This document shows, piece after piece, positions 12,606-25,434 of a DNA stretch of 64,000 bases. Origin of the DNA: Stegostoma tigrinum (Eukaryota). Position 1 is the stretch's first letter. Every line of letters starts with the position of its first letter. The translations under genes and the position numbers were made by a program. Under the pieces are notes generated by a model that had not been told where the DNA came from, made no database searches, and was given only the letters and a program-made list of their open reading frames with translations. The stretch lies in NCBI RefSeq assembly GCF_030684315.1, contig NC_081357.1, positions 70,288,629 through 70,352,628 on the forward strand. The letters run 5' to 3'.

Positions 12606-13299
12606 AAAAATGACTAACTCAATATGATTGTTTAATTGTTTTCTAATTATGCTTTATGATGTGTCTAATAATATTTTCCCGTGACCAGTATTGAACTAAC
12701 TAATCATTAATCTCCTTCTTTCTGTCTCCTTCATCTCTCAAATAAAGGCGTTATGTTTGCAACTTTCCGATCTGTTAGGATCTTTCCAGAGTCTTGAGAG
12801 TTATGGAAGATTACAATCAATGTGTCCACAGTCTGTACAGTCACTTTTTACGACCCTAGGATGGAGGCCATCTGGTCCAGGATTCTCTTCAGCTTTAAGT
12901 CCCATTTTAAAACAAAATTACTTGAGTGATTTTTCTAAATACTCCTTTCCACTTTGCCACATGAATTTTAACTACCCTTGGTGATTTTTGTGACTTCTGT
13001 TGTGAAGGCAGATGTACAATATTTGTTTAAAGTTTCTGCTGTTTCAATGTTTCCCATTATTAATCCCTCTTTCTCACTAAGGGACCAATGCTTACTTTAG
13101 CTACTCTGCTTTTATGTACTTTCAAGATGTTTTTTAAAAACATAATTCATTAGTTTTCCGTTGTAATTGTTAAACGATCACAGTTTAAGCTGAGTTCAAT
13201 GCATTGTTCATATGTGAACGTTTTATGGACTGGATTGCGTATGTATCAGATACTTGAGAGGTAAAACTAAAAGTAAGTTGAGTTGTTTATTTGCTAGTT

Positions 13300-14860
13300 C
13301 TGACCTGTGTTAAAACTTGGCGTCGTCAGCCCTTCTCCTTGAGACATTGGATTGCATGGACAGAACTCTAACCAGTGAATTCACATTCAGGGTATGGTAT
13401 CCACCTTTCTCTAGCTCTCTCAGTGTGAGGTTCGACCATTGATATGGAAAGGGAGAGACGCTCTAACAACGATAGACAGATGCAGGAAATCGAAATGACC
13501 AATGAGCTCCTAAGCGGAGCTGGACGTTGCTGTGGCATTAAAGAGAATGGAGAGTGGGCGGTAGACCAGAGGCTCCTCGTTTCGATGTGCGTCACATTCC
13601 GTGTAAGGAAAGCATCACGTGGGGGACTGAAAGTCCCAGTTTTCTTTGCTGTCCAACACCTCCAAAGTCAGCATTTAGTATGAGCTAGCCAGCTAACCGG
13701 GGAGAAGAGACTCTGGGCGTAAAACTCAGTCTAAGTAAGTAGTAATTAATAATCACCAGAGACAAGTTTACCAGAAATCCTCACCCTTCAGTTCTAAGGA
13801 TGCACCGTGTGTGAGAATAACTTGCAATGCTAGTAACAATAATTGTCAGAGTACTGCATTTTGTTTCTTGCTTTGAAGACCTGAAGTGATAGCAAGTCAA
13901 CTTTTCTTTTCCCCCCTTTTCAGTCCTTCGGTGGTTATGTGTGCTGAGAGCTGTAACAGTCAGTGGGCTGTGTGTGATCATTTCATTCTGTCTATAGGCA
14001 AATACTGCCAAGCGCGGGTCGTGCCGCTCCTTTGTCTTGCCGCCTGGAAAGCGCCCAGAGCTTGCTTCATTTTGGGAATAGTTGCAAGGTCAAGTCCACG
14101 ATGACCGATAATGGAAGCGAACGAAGGGAGTCAGAACTGTTCAGCAAAGAGCTAAAAGGTTGCTAGTCGTTCCCAGCAATAGCAGGACATCGCGGCTGCG
14201 AGAGAAAGTTAAAACGATGCAGATGGCACTCTAAGGAGCTCGATCCACTGAACAGATTCCATTGGACATCGGATTGCGCTCCGCTGAACGGATCCCTTTC
14301 AGTTTCAGGCTGTCGACACAGACTGGATTCTATCCCTCCACAGGAGCCCGCTCTTTCCTCCAGGTGAGAGGTTCCCATTTAAAACAAGGGCAATGATCAA
14401 ATCCAACACGTCTCCCAAACGAGACGATTAAACCTGCATTATATGATCAATTAACTGCGAGAACAGCCTGCCTCGGATGTTGCTTTGACTGTGAATGAGG
14501 ATAGAAATAAAACAGGGTCTCCAATTGTCGGTTAATATCGTGGCTTTGCATCGAGTAAGTGAGGAATGCTGTTAACTGGGAGGTGGATTCCCAGATCGTA
14601 GGTAGGGCTGTCAGTTGGAAGGATACCAGTGTAGAGCTGCGAAAGGCGTTCCGTGTTGGTACTTGTTGCAAATGTGAACAGCGCTGGCGGCTAGAAGTGT
14701 GGGAGAGGACCTCCAGCCAGTTTGCTAGGTACTGCCGCTCTGACCTAAATAGTGATAGTATTCAAATAAAAGCTGGGAGTTTGAAGCCGCTTATGTTTGA
14801 AATGTAGCTGACCTGCACACATCCCTCCGATCAGCTCTAGGCGGACCCCTCTCTGATTGT
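13300..14860. promoter_or_regulatory. CpG-retaining region, probable TMEM200A promoter / 5'UTR exon(s)
   Basis: Visibly higher CpG density (e.g. AGCGCGGGTCGTGCCGCTCC at ~14011, CGCGGCTGCG at ~14191) than the CpG-depleted flanks, and no recognisable repeat. Plus-strand donors AG|GTGAGA (GT at 14364) and GA|GTAAGT (GT at 14555). Confidence 0.6.
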
Positions 14861-17800
14861 TCCTTTTGGAACAGGGCAGCAGTATATTCACAATGATTTA
14901 CAGCCTTTCATCAAATTGTTCCTCTTTAAAGAGACATACCAACCCCATTAGACAACACACATGGAAGGGCCGGATTTGATAGGGAAGGAGCACGTTTTTT
15001 TGATGGGCTATCGTGATTCTGATATTTTTTGAAGCTGTCATGTATTTCTTATTTCCCCTACTCTCCCCCTCCCTCAAGAATTGATCTTTGATTTCATGTC
15101 AGTTTTGCAGATTATGAATAAATCTGTAGATGAAGTGAACAAGGTTAATGAAGTGCTCTCGAAAATAAGAAACGGTGACAAATAGCAATGGAAAACTAAA
15201 TAGGGCTCATATTTTATTTACCATTAATCAACTCAGTCCGAATCTAATCTAACCGCGTGAGGACTCAAGCGTTAGATAGCATGGCAATAAGAAGGAAAAT
15301 ATCTTTTGAAAATAAATTGACAAAGATGGTACCTAACAGTTACAGTTAGGACATTCGCAGATAATTCGTTAGTACCTCCGTCAAAATCACAGTGAAATTT
15401 TCCAACCACGCAGCTTCAACTATTCACATCATGAACTGAAATATATAAACTTTTGCTTTGAGCTAGGAATCATGAATCGTAAATATGCAAGTATCTCTTA
15501 CAAAATCTTCCAGTTTGTTCCATTTTATACATAATTTCTCTCACCACTATTTAATACTGCACGAAAGCATCATTCACAATCACTGGTTAATTGGTGATAT
15601 ATAGAAGAATGTTAATGTCACGCCTTTGTCGTCAAATGATACTCAGAAGACATCACTGGTAACTTTCTCTCCATAGTGACCATATTGCAATTGGTGACTT
15701 TTCCATTTTAGACACAAGCATATAATGAGTGGTGGCTCTTTTTGTTGTAGGACTACCTATGAACTGTACCAGCCTTCACTAATTCCGCGCCCCCCCCCCC
15801 TTTTGCCCAGCTGACTGAGATTGCTTTTTTTCTATCCAGTCAAGGCCAGAGAATCAATGACTTGCTCTCTTGATCTTGTCCTATTCACTCTGGAATTCAT
15901 CAAAGATTTATCCTTGATCCTTTCCTGTTTTTTTGGCTGCATGCTGACCCTAACATATTATTCGTAGTCATGGCGTCAGATTGTGTGTCTGTACTTTGCA
16001 ACTATAAAGATGGGAATGAAGAAATGCATGTCTTTTCATTGCAGAGGTTTGTGATTAAAGAAGTTGAATTAATGTCAAAGATTTGCTATTTCAATTTAAT
16101 ATGTACTGACCATGTCTAAAGCCAAATGAAAAGAAAAGCTACATAAATCTCCAGAATTAACAAAGTTAAGGAGTTAGTTTTATTGTAAATTCACTCAAAT
16201 AATGTGTAAAACTTATTAAAAAGGTAAAGCATGTCCTGAATCCTGGCAAATACACACACACATTAGGATGCAAAATATAACAAATTATAACATGGAGAAG
16301 GTGGATTTGAAATAATAATGAAAGTTCATTAGTTGGAAAGAGTTTTATACGCTAAGGTTTATTGGGTTGACTTCTGGGGTGGGGTAGATGTCGTGGCCAA
16401 TGCAAGCTGGTTATTCTTCTGAAAATGTTTTAAAATGTATTCCATGCTTTTCCAAAGTGCATGCTGTGAGACTAGAAGTTTCGCTTATTTTTAATTTTCC
16501 ATCTCTTTGATGTATTCAAACTCCTAGCAGAGATTGGATCTGAGTTTGAACAAAAAAATCTGTTGAGAGAGTGAACTGTTGCTATTCTGTCCAGCAGCCC
16601 TTTTTACTGTTACTCCTGCTGTAACAAATAAGATTATAATCAAAGCTTTTCATAAGAGGAAGGTTTGGTAATAAGGTGGCTAGCTATTGGATGTGAAGCA
16701 ATGAGGCAATCCATAGTAACAAAGAGGTTTTGGACTTCCCAATGTCAAAACTGTCAAGGCATCATTCAACCAGATGACTGAGTCTTAAGGTACCTTTTGC
16801 ATAATGGATTTCAATAAGTTTCCTCAGTCTTTGACAGTTGTTGCAGAGATGGTTGTTGCTTGTTGTCCTTAAGCTTTTTTTCCAGATGGATCAAACAATA
16901 ACAAGTGTGAAATTGTTCAGAGAAACTGCCCAGACATGTTTCCTGTTCATTCACATCAGAGGCTTTTTAGAAACTTCACCCCTCTCATAGGCCAGGTGAC
17001 TTTCTCAGCCGTTTTAAACTCGTGTCCTGTTGTTTTCTTTCAAACAGAAGTCCCAGGTATTAATTTAGTCAGTTGAATTAAAAGGTTAATTGTCTACCTA
17101 TTATGACGTTGTGACATTAGTGATGACACACAGCTCTAATTACCAACAGTTCTTTTGATTTGTCCGCAGAATCTGTGTTGTCACCCTACTTGTCTGATCA
17201 CCAGCCCTGCATGAGCTCCAATTTTCTCCATTTAACATTGTGAAGATCAAGACCATTGTCTTTTGTCTATGTCACAAACTTCACACTCTAGCCACAATTA
17301 TGATTCGCTCTACTGGTGTGGATTCAGACGAATCCAAAACATTGACTCGTAATCCATTCATCAGCTAAAATTTAAAAGTCTAACCCTTATCTTCACTTCA
17401 TCTTCCCTATATCTCTTTGCCTTTCCTATTTAAGATTCTCATTAAAAAACATTATTTTGTTAATCTTTTAGTTGTCCTAGTATCTCACTTACTGGCTCGG
17501 TGTAAATTCTTAGGATTACACTGCTGTGAAGTATCTTTAGATTATTTTTAAGACTACGTTAATGACACATATTACAATAGGTTATTTATTGGAATCATAA
17601 ACATGTCATTATAAATCACAATGATAGTAAATGCAATTTTTAACCTTTACTGAAATATGTAGTGGCTTTCTCAATTTTGGCGATCTTGGTGTAATCTGTT
17701 TGAACCTTCTAGGTTACAGTAAGTCATTGTTTCTTTTCAAAAATTTGTCTAATAGTCTGTGTATGTGTAATATGCATACTCCAAGTATCAGAACACTGAT

Positions 17801-18079
17801 TTATCTTATAATTTCAGACTTTCATTCCCTGCTCCAGAATATCACTTTAGTTTTTATATGAAAAGTAAAGATAATATTAATATACTGTGTACAAATTGAT
17901 CTAAATTTACTTATTCAGATCTCGTCATTCTTTTTCCCTTTCTCCAGTGATCCGAATTAGTGTACCAAAGTTGCAAAAGGGATTAAGTATTTGCCTCCTT
18001 GATCAGTCAGTAGAATCATTCTAAGGACCTGGAACCAATGTCCAACAAAATTGACTGCCATGAGAATGCTTATAAAATA

Positions 18080-19050
18080 TTTCCAGCACATGCCATGTTA
18101 TTGTGTTTGTTAATAAAGCCTCAATTCCGGGTGTTAACTGAAAGCCCTGTAAACATCAGAAAACTAAGATCCTGTTCCAACCACTTTCTACAGCACAACA
18201 TCTACCCTCCCCCAATCGATTGATAGCAATATTTTCCTCATCTTCGGAACCATTTCTCAACAAATGCAAGTATAGACTGAAAAATTCATCATCGCCTCCA
18301 TTGTGCAAGCTTGGGGTTCAAATGACTGAGAAAAAGTATTTGAGGACCAGCATCGTAAGTCCATAGACACAGTTTATTGGGCAGCCGTGATCTGTGTACT
18401 TCAAATGTTTCAGGATTTGGACAACCCAGGCACCTTAAAGCACTGGAGACGTATAATCTGGACGTATAGTCCCCTTGCAAAATCCTCCAAATCTGGAGAC
18501 AAGAAAGGCACCAACTGCATCCCCCCCTAAGTTAACACCAAGGTGATAATCACTCAAAAACAGCTCATATGGGCAGGTCACGTCATTCATATGCCTGACA
18601 CCAGATTCTCAAAACAACTGTTGTATTTCAAATGCGTTTTTTGCAGTAGGCTCCTGGGAGGATTTTGGCAAAGTTTTTACAATTACAATGAAACATCTCT
18701 GAAGAAGCCAAATATACCAGTCCAGGATGAGCTCCAATTTTCTCCATTGAACCCTGGCTTGTGGGAGTTTCTGGATTGTGATTGACTGAAATGGAGAAGG
18801 TGCCTTTGGAAAAGCACCAAACTCAGGGAGACAAGTCATTGGGAACATGTAGAGGTGAAGTCAAGATATTAGAGAGGGTGCACATATCTCCCTAGAAATC
18901 ATTAACCAAACCTTCCAAGCATCACCTGCCTCACTTATAACAGATATTAGATCACCCATTAAGTTTGACAGCCATGCCAGAACCCATCAAGCCAAAGTGG
19001 GACAAAGCCATCTTTGATCCTGAGGAACTGCCGAAGATGAAGAAGAAAGA
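18080..19050 (+). mobile_element. RTE-clade LINE 3' portion, decayed
   Basis: QLIWAGHVIHMPDTRFSKQLLY (RTE LRWxGHVxRM motif), ILQIWRQE, and an AAG-rich end. Confidence 0.82.
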
Positions 19051-19913
19051 AAGCATTTGGAATCAGTTTTATAATTTACATTTATCTAAGCAATTTACAG
19101 TGGCATTTAATTCAGAGCAGACCAGTCTAATATTTACATTGGTGAGTTTTAAAGTAAAGAAAGCAAGGGAATGTTAGCACTTCTAACATGTTATTTCCAC
19201 TCGCAATCTTCTATAAAATTCAGAATATTTGTGGTAAAGGATGATAATACAGGAGATCAAAGCAGATTAGTTTCAGCCGTTGAGCAGTCAAGAATCAGAA
19301 GTCATATCTACAGGATTAAACATAAAAGGTCAGAATTGAAGAAAAAATGTTACTATACACGGACAGTTCCTAAGCTGGAGACTATGAGAATATATAAAAC
19401 TAAATTAAAGAAATTCAAAAGAAGAGAAATGGTAACAACATGGACCAGAACTATTAGCTTGTGTATCGTGAAAATACTGATATTACCTGGTTGGATGAAT
19501 GACGTGGTCCTGTCCTGTAGCTGCTCTGTTTTTCAATGAAAGTTTGATGATGCTGACAACGTGAAGAAACCCCGTCTATAGCTCCAGGTAGAACTAACAT
19601 CTACCAAATATTGCAATAGTGTGGCTAAATCCCAGTCTCAGCATGTCATCTGCTCCTGCATCGTCATAGCTCTTTCATGCATTCTTTCAATTTCAAGTGA
19701 GATTACTAAGTTATGAACAATGTATAAGTGTGTTTATACATCTCTTATGTTACAAGTTCCACATTTTACATTTAGTACCAGTTACAGAAGACATAATTTT
19801 TCATTTTTCATTGTATTCAACAACTTGGCAATCATTTTTCATTCTTAAATGATGTAAGAAAGATTAAAGTCTTAAACATATTTCTCAAGAATAGATTTTA
19901 AACTAGATCTTCA

Positions 19914-20258
19914 TTTTTTAAATACCCATTCACACATAAAATATAGCTTTTGCTGAATAGGCCAGCATTTTGTTGCCCATCCCTAATTGACCAGAAGGCA
20001 ATTAAAAGCCAACCGTATTACTGTGAGTCTGGAGTCACATGTACACCAGACAGGGTAATGAAGACAGATTTCCTTCCCTGAAGGACATTGGTGAACCAGA
20101 TGGGATTTTTCTAATAATGGTTTCATGGTTATCAGATATCTGCTGAATTCAAATTCAGCCATCTGCCATGGCAGGATTCAAACCTGGTCCCCAGAAGATC
20201 ACCTGGGTCTCTGAAACTAACAGTCTACTGATGATACCATGAGGCAATCACCTCCCCT
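19914..20258 (-). mobile_element. tRNA-derived SINE family B (in the presumed TMEM200A intron)
   Basis: Reverse-complement homolog of 872-1224, including tail and tRNA-like head. Confidence 0.85.
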
Positions 20259-20339
20259 GACAATGTTCTATTTCACTTATGTTTAATATGTCTTTAATTA
20301 ATAATCTGCAATTAATTTACAAAATAACAAATGTTGTGA

Positions 20340-21170
20340 TTCAAAATATTGCCATACGGCCATCAATCATCTCTAAAAATGTGACAGTGGAGGTTCATGA
20401 TGCTTTACATATCCACAATCACCAACAATCTGTTACTTGATGTAGAACTCAACACACACATTACAAATGATACCATTGTTTTGTCTAAGCTGAGTAAGAA
20501 AATTTGGAAAACTGAACATGACAGAGAACGTGAAATGTGCGTCTACCAAACCTGTGATCTTGATGCGGCCGTCTACAGTCATGAGACTTGGTCAACAAAT
20601 GTTAAGCAAGAGAAAAAGTTGAGTTGTTATCAGTTTTCTTCCCTCAGATGGAACCTTGGCATCTGTTAATAGGACAAGGTGATGCAGACCAAATTAGAGG
20701 TCCTGAAATGCACTAATTCCACCTGCAGACACTCATTTCTAAGCTTGCATTGGTTCAGCTACATTCATTGGATGAATGATGGCTATATATCTGAAGACCA
20801 TCTCGTCAAAGTGTCTTGACCTGTTGATTGCCCACATCAGTGCTACAAACAAGCAAGACACAAAGTTAGTGAACAATGACACAGATATCTGGGTGACTGT
20901 TGCCAATAGTTGTGAGTTCTGGAGACTAACTGGTTGGAGAGGCTTTGGAAGAGGTGAGGAGATGCAGAAAACTCAGTTGGCCATGAAAAAATGCTAGAGA
21001 AAACAAGAGTCTAGCAAATCCTTCACTTTCTCAGTCCTTGTTTACCTCTACAGCAAATGAAGCAGAGCCACTATGCCAAATTGAAGCTCCTGACTGACAC
21101 CAGATGATGTTTCATAATGTTGACTATCACAGCAAACTATCAACTCGAGCCAGAAGACAGCTAAAGCAAG
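20340..21170 (+). mobile_element. RTE-clade LINE 3' portion, second family, decayed
   Basis: VYQTCDLDAAVYSHETWSTNVKQEKKLSCYQFSSLRWNLGI matches the RTE VYxACVLSxLLYGSETW...LRRILGI pattern. Confidence 0.8.
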
Positions 21171-21624
21171 CTAGAACGGTTAATTACTAATTTTGACTAT
21201 TGAACATTCTAACATTTGTAATTCCAGATAGTTGCACATAGTAAAATGTTAGTACATATCGTTTGACCGGAGACATGCTTAACTCTGTGTGGAAATAGGC
21301 TGTGAACTTTCACCAAGCCAATTTATGGCCCAATGTTTTGCTAACCTCTGTTCATAATAGCTTTCATTTTACCTATAATGTTATTGATATTTTAAAGCAC
21401 CTTACTGTAAGGAGCCATGAAGGGTGCTTTTGATGTCAGTGCGCAATTCTTTGTTGAAGTAAATTTGAAGCAGTCCGAATTTCTAATTTAATTCATTGAT
21501 GTTCCTACTTTTAACTTGCTAAATAGGCCTCCAAAATATAATGTTTCTGCAAGTTGTTTTGCGTAGTTGTCTAAAGAATGTTCTTGTGCATGCTGACAAA
21601 AGTTAGCTCTACCATCTGAAATTG

Positions 21625-21648
21625 TATATTCCTATTTTTGCATTCAAG
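21625..21648 (+). other. Splice acceptor of the TMEM200A coding exon
   Basis: Pyrimidine-rich tract TATATTCCTATTTTTGCATTCAAG ending in AG at 21647-21648, 15 nt before the ATG. Confidence 0.7.
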
Positions 21649-21663
21649 GAAGAAGACAACACC

Positions 21664-23127
21664 ATGATAGCTACAGGGGGTGTAATAACAGGACTGGCAG
21701 CCCTGAAGAGACAGGACTCAGCTAGATCACAGCACTTTCATCTTCCTCCTCCATCCTCCGCTCCAGTGAAAAGGAAACCCAAACGTAAGCCCAAAGCCAA
21801 CATTGTCGTAGTGAGAGGCAAAATCAGACTCTATTCACCTTCAGGATTTTTTCTTTTCCTTGGAATTTTAATTTTGATGTTTGGGATTGCAATGGCAGTC
21901 CTTGGTTATTGGCCACAGGAATCAGATAAGAGATATCCTGTCGCTTCGAAATCTGAAATTCCACACAATGGGTCCCATGTGACAACAGACGATGCTGGAA
22001 TATTAATGGAGTTTTTTGAGCAGCACTTACACTCTGATAAAATGAAAATGATTGGCCCTTTCACCATGGGGATAGGGATATTTATATTTATTTGTGCTAA
22101 TGCCATTCTACATGAAAATAGGGACAAAGAAACCAAAGTGATTCATATGCAAGATATTTATTCCACAGTCATTGATATCCATAGCCAAAGAATTAAAGAG
22201 CAGAGACACATGAATGGTGCTTGGATTGGCCAATCTGGGGATTCTGAAGCCAAATGTTCTGACAATCAATGTGCTGCTAAACTGGCTGCTAATGTATTGT
22301 TGTCATTTTCTGGGTCATCTAACGATGGAATCACTCCACACAAATGGAATACTTATGAGGAAGAGGATGGACTGACTAAGAATATTACTACACTCTTACA
22401 CCCAAAAAATTCAACATCGTCAGGCTTCAGCAGTAGGCAACAGACAGAATCTCAAAGAGAGAAGTGTACCTATCCTAAAAAGTGTGAAACTAAATCTATT
22501 GTTTCATCTTCTCTCAGTGCTTTCACACTTCCTGTTATTAAACTTAATAACTGTGTGATTGATGAGCCTGAACTTGATAATATCACAGAGGATTCTGACC
22601 TCAGTAAAGGCAGGGTTAGACATACATCTATGACATCCTTAATAGTACCGTCAACTGATATTAATGATTTCTATAAGCCACCGAATCCACGGTTGTTAAG
22701 AAGTAACAGCACAATAACAGATGGAAAACCACCCACCATATCTTCTGGTGCATCCATGGGAAGATTTCTATCACCAAGTTTCTCCAAGAAAGAATATGGA
22801 TCAAACACTTCACTTCACATGTTGTCCTGTCATTCAAAGTCTTTGGACTTGGAGGGAGGTCCCTCAACACTCACAGTGCAAGCAGAACAAAGAAAGCATC
22901 CAAGCTGGCCAAGACTTGATCGCAGTAACAGCAAGGGCTATGTGAAACTGGAAAACAAAGAAGATCCAATGGACACGCTACCTGTCCCACAGGCTAGTGT
23001 AAAAGGCAGTTATACAAATAAAGAGAAATTACTTATGATCTCAAGATCCCACAATAATCTAAGTTTTGAAAATGATGAATTTTTAGATAACAAGTTATGG
23101 CGTGGAGCTTCAGAAACAAGGTTTTGA
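21664..23127 (+). CDS. TMEM200A: Transmembrane protein 200A, complete single-exon CDS, 487 aa
   Basis: The only long ORF in the window. Starts at ACCATGA with the TMEM200-family N-terminus [23 protein letters not shown]. Contains [14 protein letters not shown], two hydrophobic helices ([23 protein letters not shown]; [30 protein letters not shown]), [36 protein letters not shown] and C-terminal SETRF. The 14 extra codons in the ORF track start from a TTG upstream of the splice acceptor. Confidence 0.96.
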   Translation: MIATGGVITGLAALKRQDSARSQHFHLPPPSSAPVKRKPKRKPKANIVVVRGKIRLYSPSGFFLFLGILILMFGIAMAVLGYWPQESDKRYPVASKSEIPHNGSHVTTDDAGILMEFFEQHLHSDKMKMIGPFTMGIGIFIFICANAILHENRDKETKVIHMQDIYSTVIDIHSQRIKEQRHMNGAWIGQSGDSEAKCSDNQCAAKLAANVLLSFSGSSNDGITPHKWNTYEEEDGLTKNITTLLHPKNSTSSGFSSRQQTESQREKCTYPKKCETKSIVSSSLSAFTLPVIKLNNCVIDEPELDNITEDSDLSKGRVRHTSMTSLIVPSTDINDFYKPPNPRLLRSNSTITDGKPPTISSGASMGRFLSPSFSKKEYGSNTSLHMLSCHSKSLDLEGGPSTLTVQAEQRKHPSWPRLDRSNSKGYVKLENKEDPMDTLPVPQASVKGSYTNKEKLLMISRSHNNLSFENDEFLDNKLWRGASETRF

Positions 23128-23521
23128 AGGAGCATTGGTTTGTACCATGTGTTATATTTTAAGGCACTTTTAAGAAATGTATTTACGTGAGAAGTGCATG
23201 TCTATTTTGCAGAGATGTTATTTTCAGTACAAATTAAAGATTGAATACTTGTAGATTGTGATCAGAACTGGCATCTTTGCATCTGTGGGAATTCTTTTCA
23301 TGCTGGTTTGGAGTGTCGCAGATATATTTCATGCTGTGTTTGTCAGTTCTGCATTAACCAGCGGCTCAGGTATTGGCCAAATTCAAATCACAGTCCAGAC
23401 AGATAATAGCACCAGAATGGTATTTAGATTTATTGTTCATCTCTGATGAATGGACAGGATTTACAAATCTAAAGTGTGAGTGGCATTAAATCAAAGCAAA
23501 GAAAGTATTATTTTAATGTCG

Positions 23522-23661
23522 AATAAATTGGGATGGGAGTGTTCATTCTTTGAGTACAAAGCTTGAGTCTGTGTATTGGACCGTATTTTGGCAGGTATTT
23601 TCCTATTAACGTCATATTAGTGTCCTTAATATACATTTTGCTATTTTTGGAACAAAATAAA
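23522..23661 (+). promoter_or_regulatory. Candidate TMEM200A polyadenylation signals
   Basis: AATAAA at 23522-23527 and 23656-23661 in AT-rich, repeat-free sequence 0.4-0.5 kb after the stop codon. Confidence 0.45.
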
Positions 23662-24629
23662 ATGTGCATATCATATGGATGTTCTACATGTTTCTATGAA
23701 TCATCAACAATCATTTGGTCCTGTGAGAGTAGAATTTGCTGACAAAATGTTCTTACAGCAAGATCTGAACCAGTGGAGGATGGAATATTATGATTAAATG
23801 AACTCACCAACTCCTTGTATCTCACGTGGTGCACAAAATTCCGGAGCTGGATATCGACCACCTGTACATCCACTTCTCTGGAATGTTTGAGAACCTTTAT
23901 GAGGCACCTACATTTTATTCAATAAGAAGCATAATAGTTCCAGTATTCTCCAGTGTAATACTGCATTTTTCCCTGAAAAATAGGCATTGAAAAGCCAGCA
24001 ATATACACACATTTTTGTGACTATTACATTACAAATTATACACCTTCATTGCTCCTTCATGGTAGGATCACAATAAGAATAGAAGGTGACATGGCAAGCA
24101 AGTGCCTCTGTTGCCAGATTACACACACTGTAATCATTCCTTTAACCTTCTTCCTAGATTTAGGAACAGGTAATTGGTAATGTTTCTACAAGGTACATTG
24201 ATCAGGGCAACTGTTGCATAACTGTCATTGACTGAAGCCTGCTGCGAGCCTCTATAACACTATAGTGCTGGCACTGGCAGTCAAGGTGATCTTTGCCCTC
24301 TGATTCCTTCAAGGCTAACATAGGGAACATCATATTGTTGGCCAATTTACTTCCAATCAATGTATGAGCCAAGCAATTCATGCATTAACTGCAGCTCAGC
24401 ACTTTTATCTCCTTGCTGACAGAAGAGCAACAGAAACATCTTTGCTTGGCCCTTTATCTCACCAGGCTGTCAAATTTCTCAAAGAGCACTGGTTTACTTA
24501 TGGCATAAACAGGTCATTTTGATAAGAGATTAATGCTTCTCTTCTGGGGCAACCACACATTCCCGCTCATTCTTATTCTGTGAGTCTATCAGTAGTACCC
24601 TCTCAAGTTTGCTGGGCATGAAGGTTTTA

Positions 24630-24850
24630 AACGTTCATCCAGGGATGTTGGGCCATTGAATAGTTTAGTATTTATTACCCGTCCTGGATGCCCCTAAGAA
24701 GATGCTGATGAACTGCCTTCTTGAACCGTTATAGTCTATGATGTGTAGGAAATCCTAGTGCTGTTAGTGAGTTCTAGGATTTTGACCAGTCAGGTTGCCA
24801 ATCAACCAGACTGCTTTGTCCTAGATACTGCTGACTTTCTTGTGGGTTTC
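24630..24850 (-). mobile_element. LINE 3' end, same family as 40905-41785
   Basis: TTTATTACCCGTCCTGGATGCCCCTAAGAAG...TGCCTTCTTGAACC...GAGTTCTAGGATTTTGACC. Confidence 0.6.
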
Positions 24851-25434
24851 CGAATAAAGAGAGAAGAAATGATGAAAGCATTCCTGCAAACCATCAGCAT
24901 TTCAAGCTTGGAGTACTCAAATATCATGTTGATTTCTTAGCATTTCATTGAAAATATGCTTTGTAATTTGTGTTTTGCACTGACAGCACCAACTAATCTG
25001 AGAAGGAAGGGTAAACTGGGAATTTATAGAACTAGCAAGATCAGACAGAGAGTATTGCTGACAATATAATGCTTTTAATTTTCATACAGATATTTTGGAA
25101 GAATGCACAATGTTTTTTCAGATGTGAACTTATTTAGTAGAAACTCAGCATTTGAACAGCCAGTTTGGGAACATGGAAACTTTGTGCTCTATAGAAATTA
25201 TTGTACAATTTTATAGATTCCAGACCAGACATGGAGTGTCTCATTACGCAACAACTCGATATGTGACATCCTGGTATAAAAATCCTCATTTTCAGTCACT
25301 CCTGATTTAGTTCAGTGGAGTCAGTAGACCGTGTTGATTCATTCAGTTCTGTAATGTAACAGGAATGGTAAGCAAAGAAACCAGATTGTGTGTAAATGTG
25401 ATATCATAACAGTGTAAATAATGTTGTCAGGAAA

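Larger units (their letters stand above)
10440..13130 (-). mobile_element. Old CR1 LINE (RT region to 3' end), interrupted by a CR1 and a mini-element
   Basis: Decayed minus-strand RT landmarks at 10440-11150 and 11970-13130 (e.g. GCCTTTTGGAAATCTAAATGTACTGCATCTAC = VDAVHLDFQKA; GGATGGAGGCCATCTGGTCCAGG = PGPDGLHP). Confidence 0.8.

Noticed and set aside
1-13000. SAMD3 coding exons expected from human synteny
   Set aside because: No SAM-domain or SAMD3-like peptide recognised by eye; TBLASTN is needed to exclude short exons.
21622-21663. 14-aa N-terminal extension of TMEM200A ([14 protein letters not shown])
   Set aside because: It starts at a TTG and spans the polypyrimidine tract and acceptor; the family N-terminus starts at ATG 21664.
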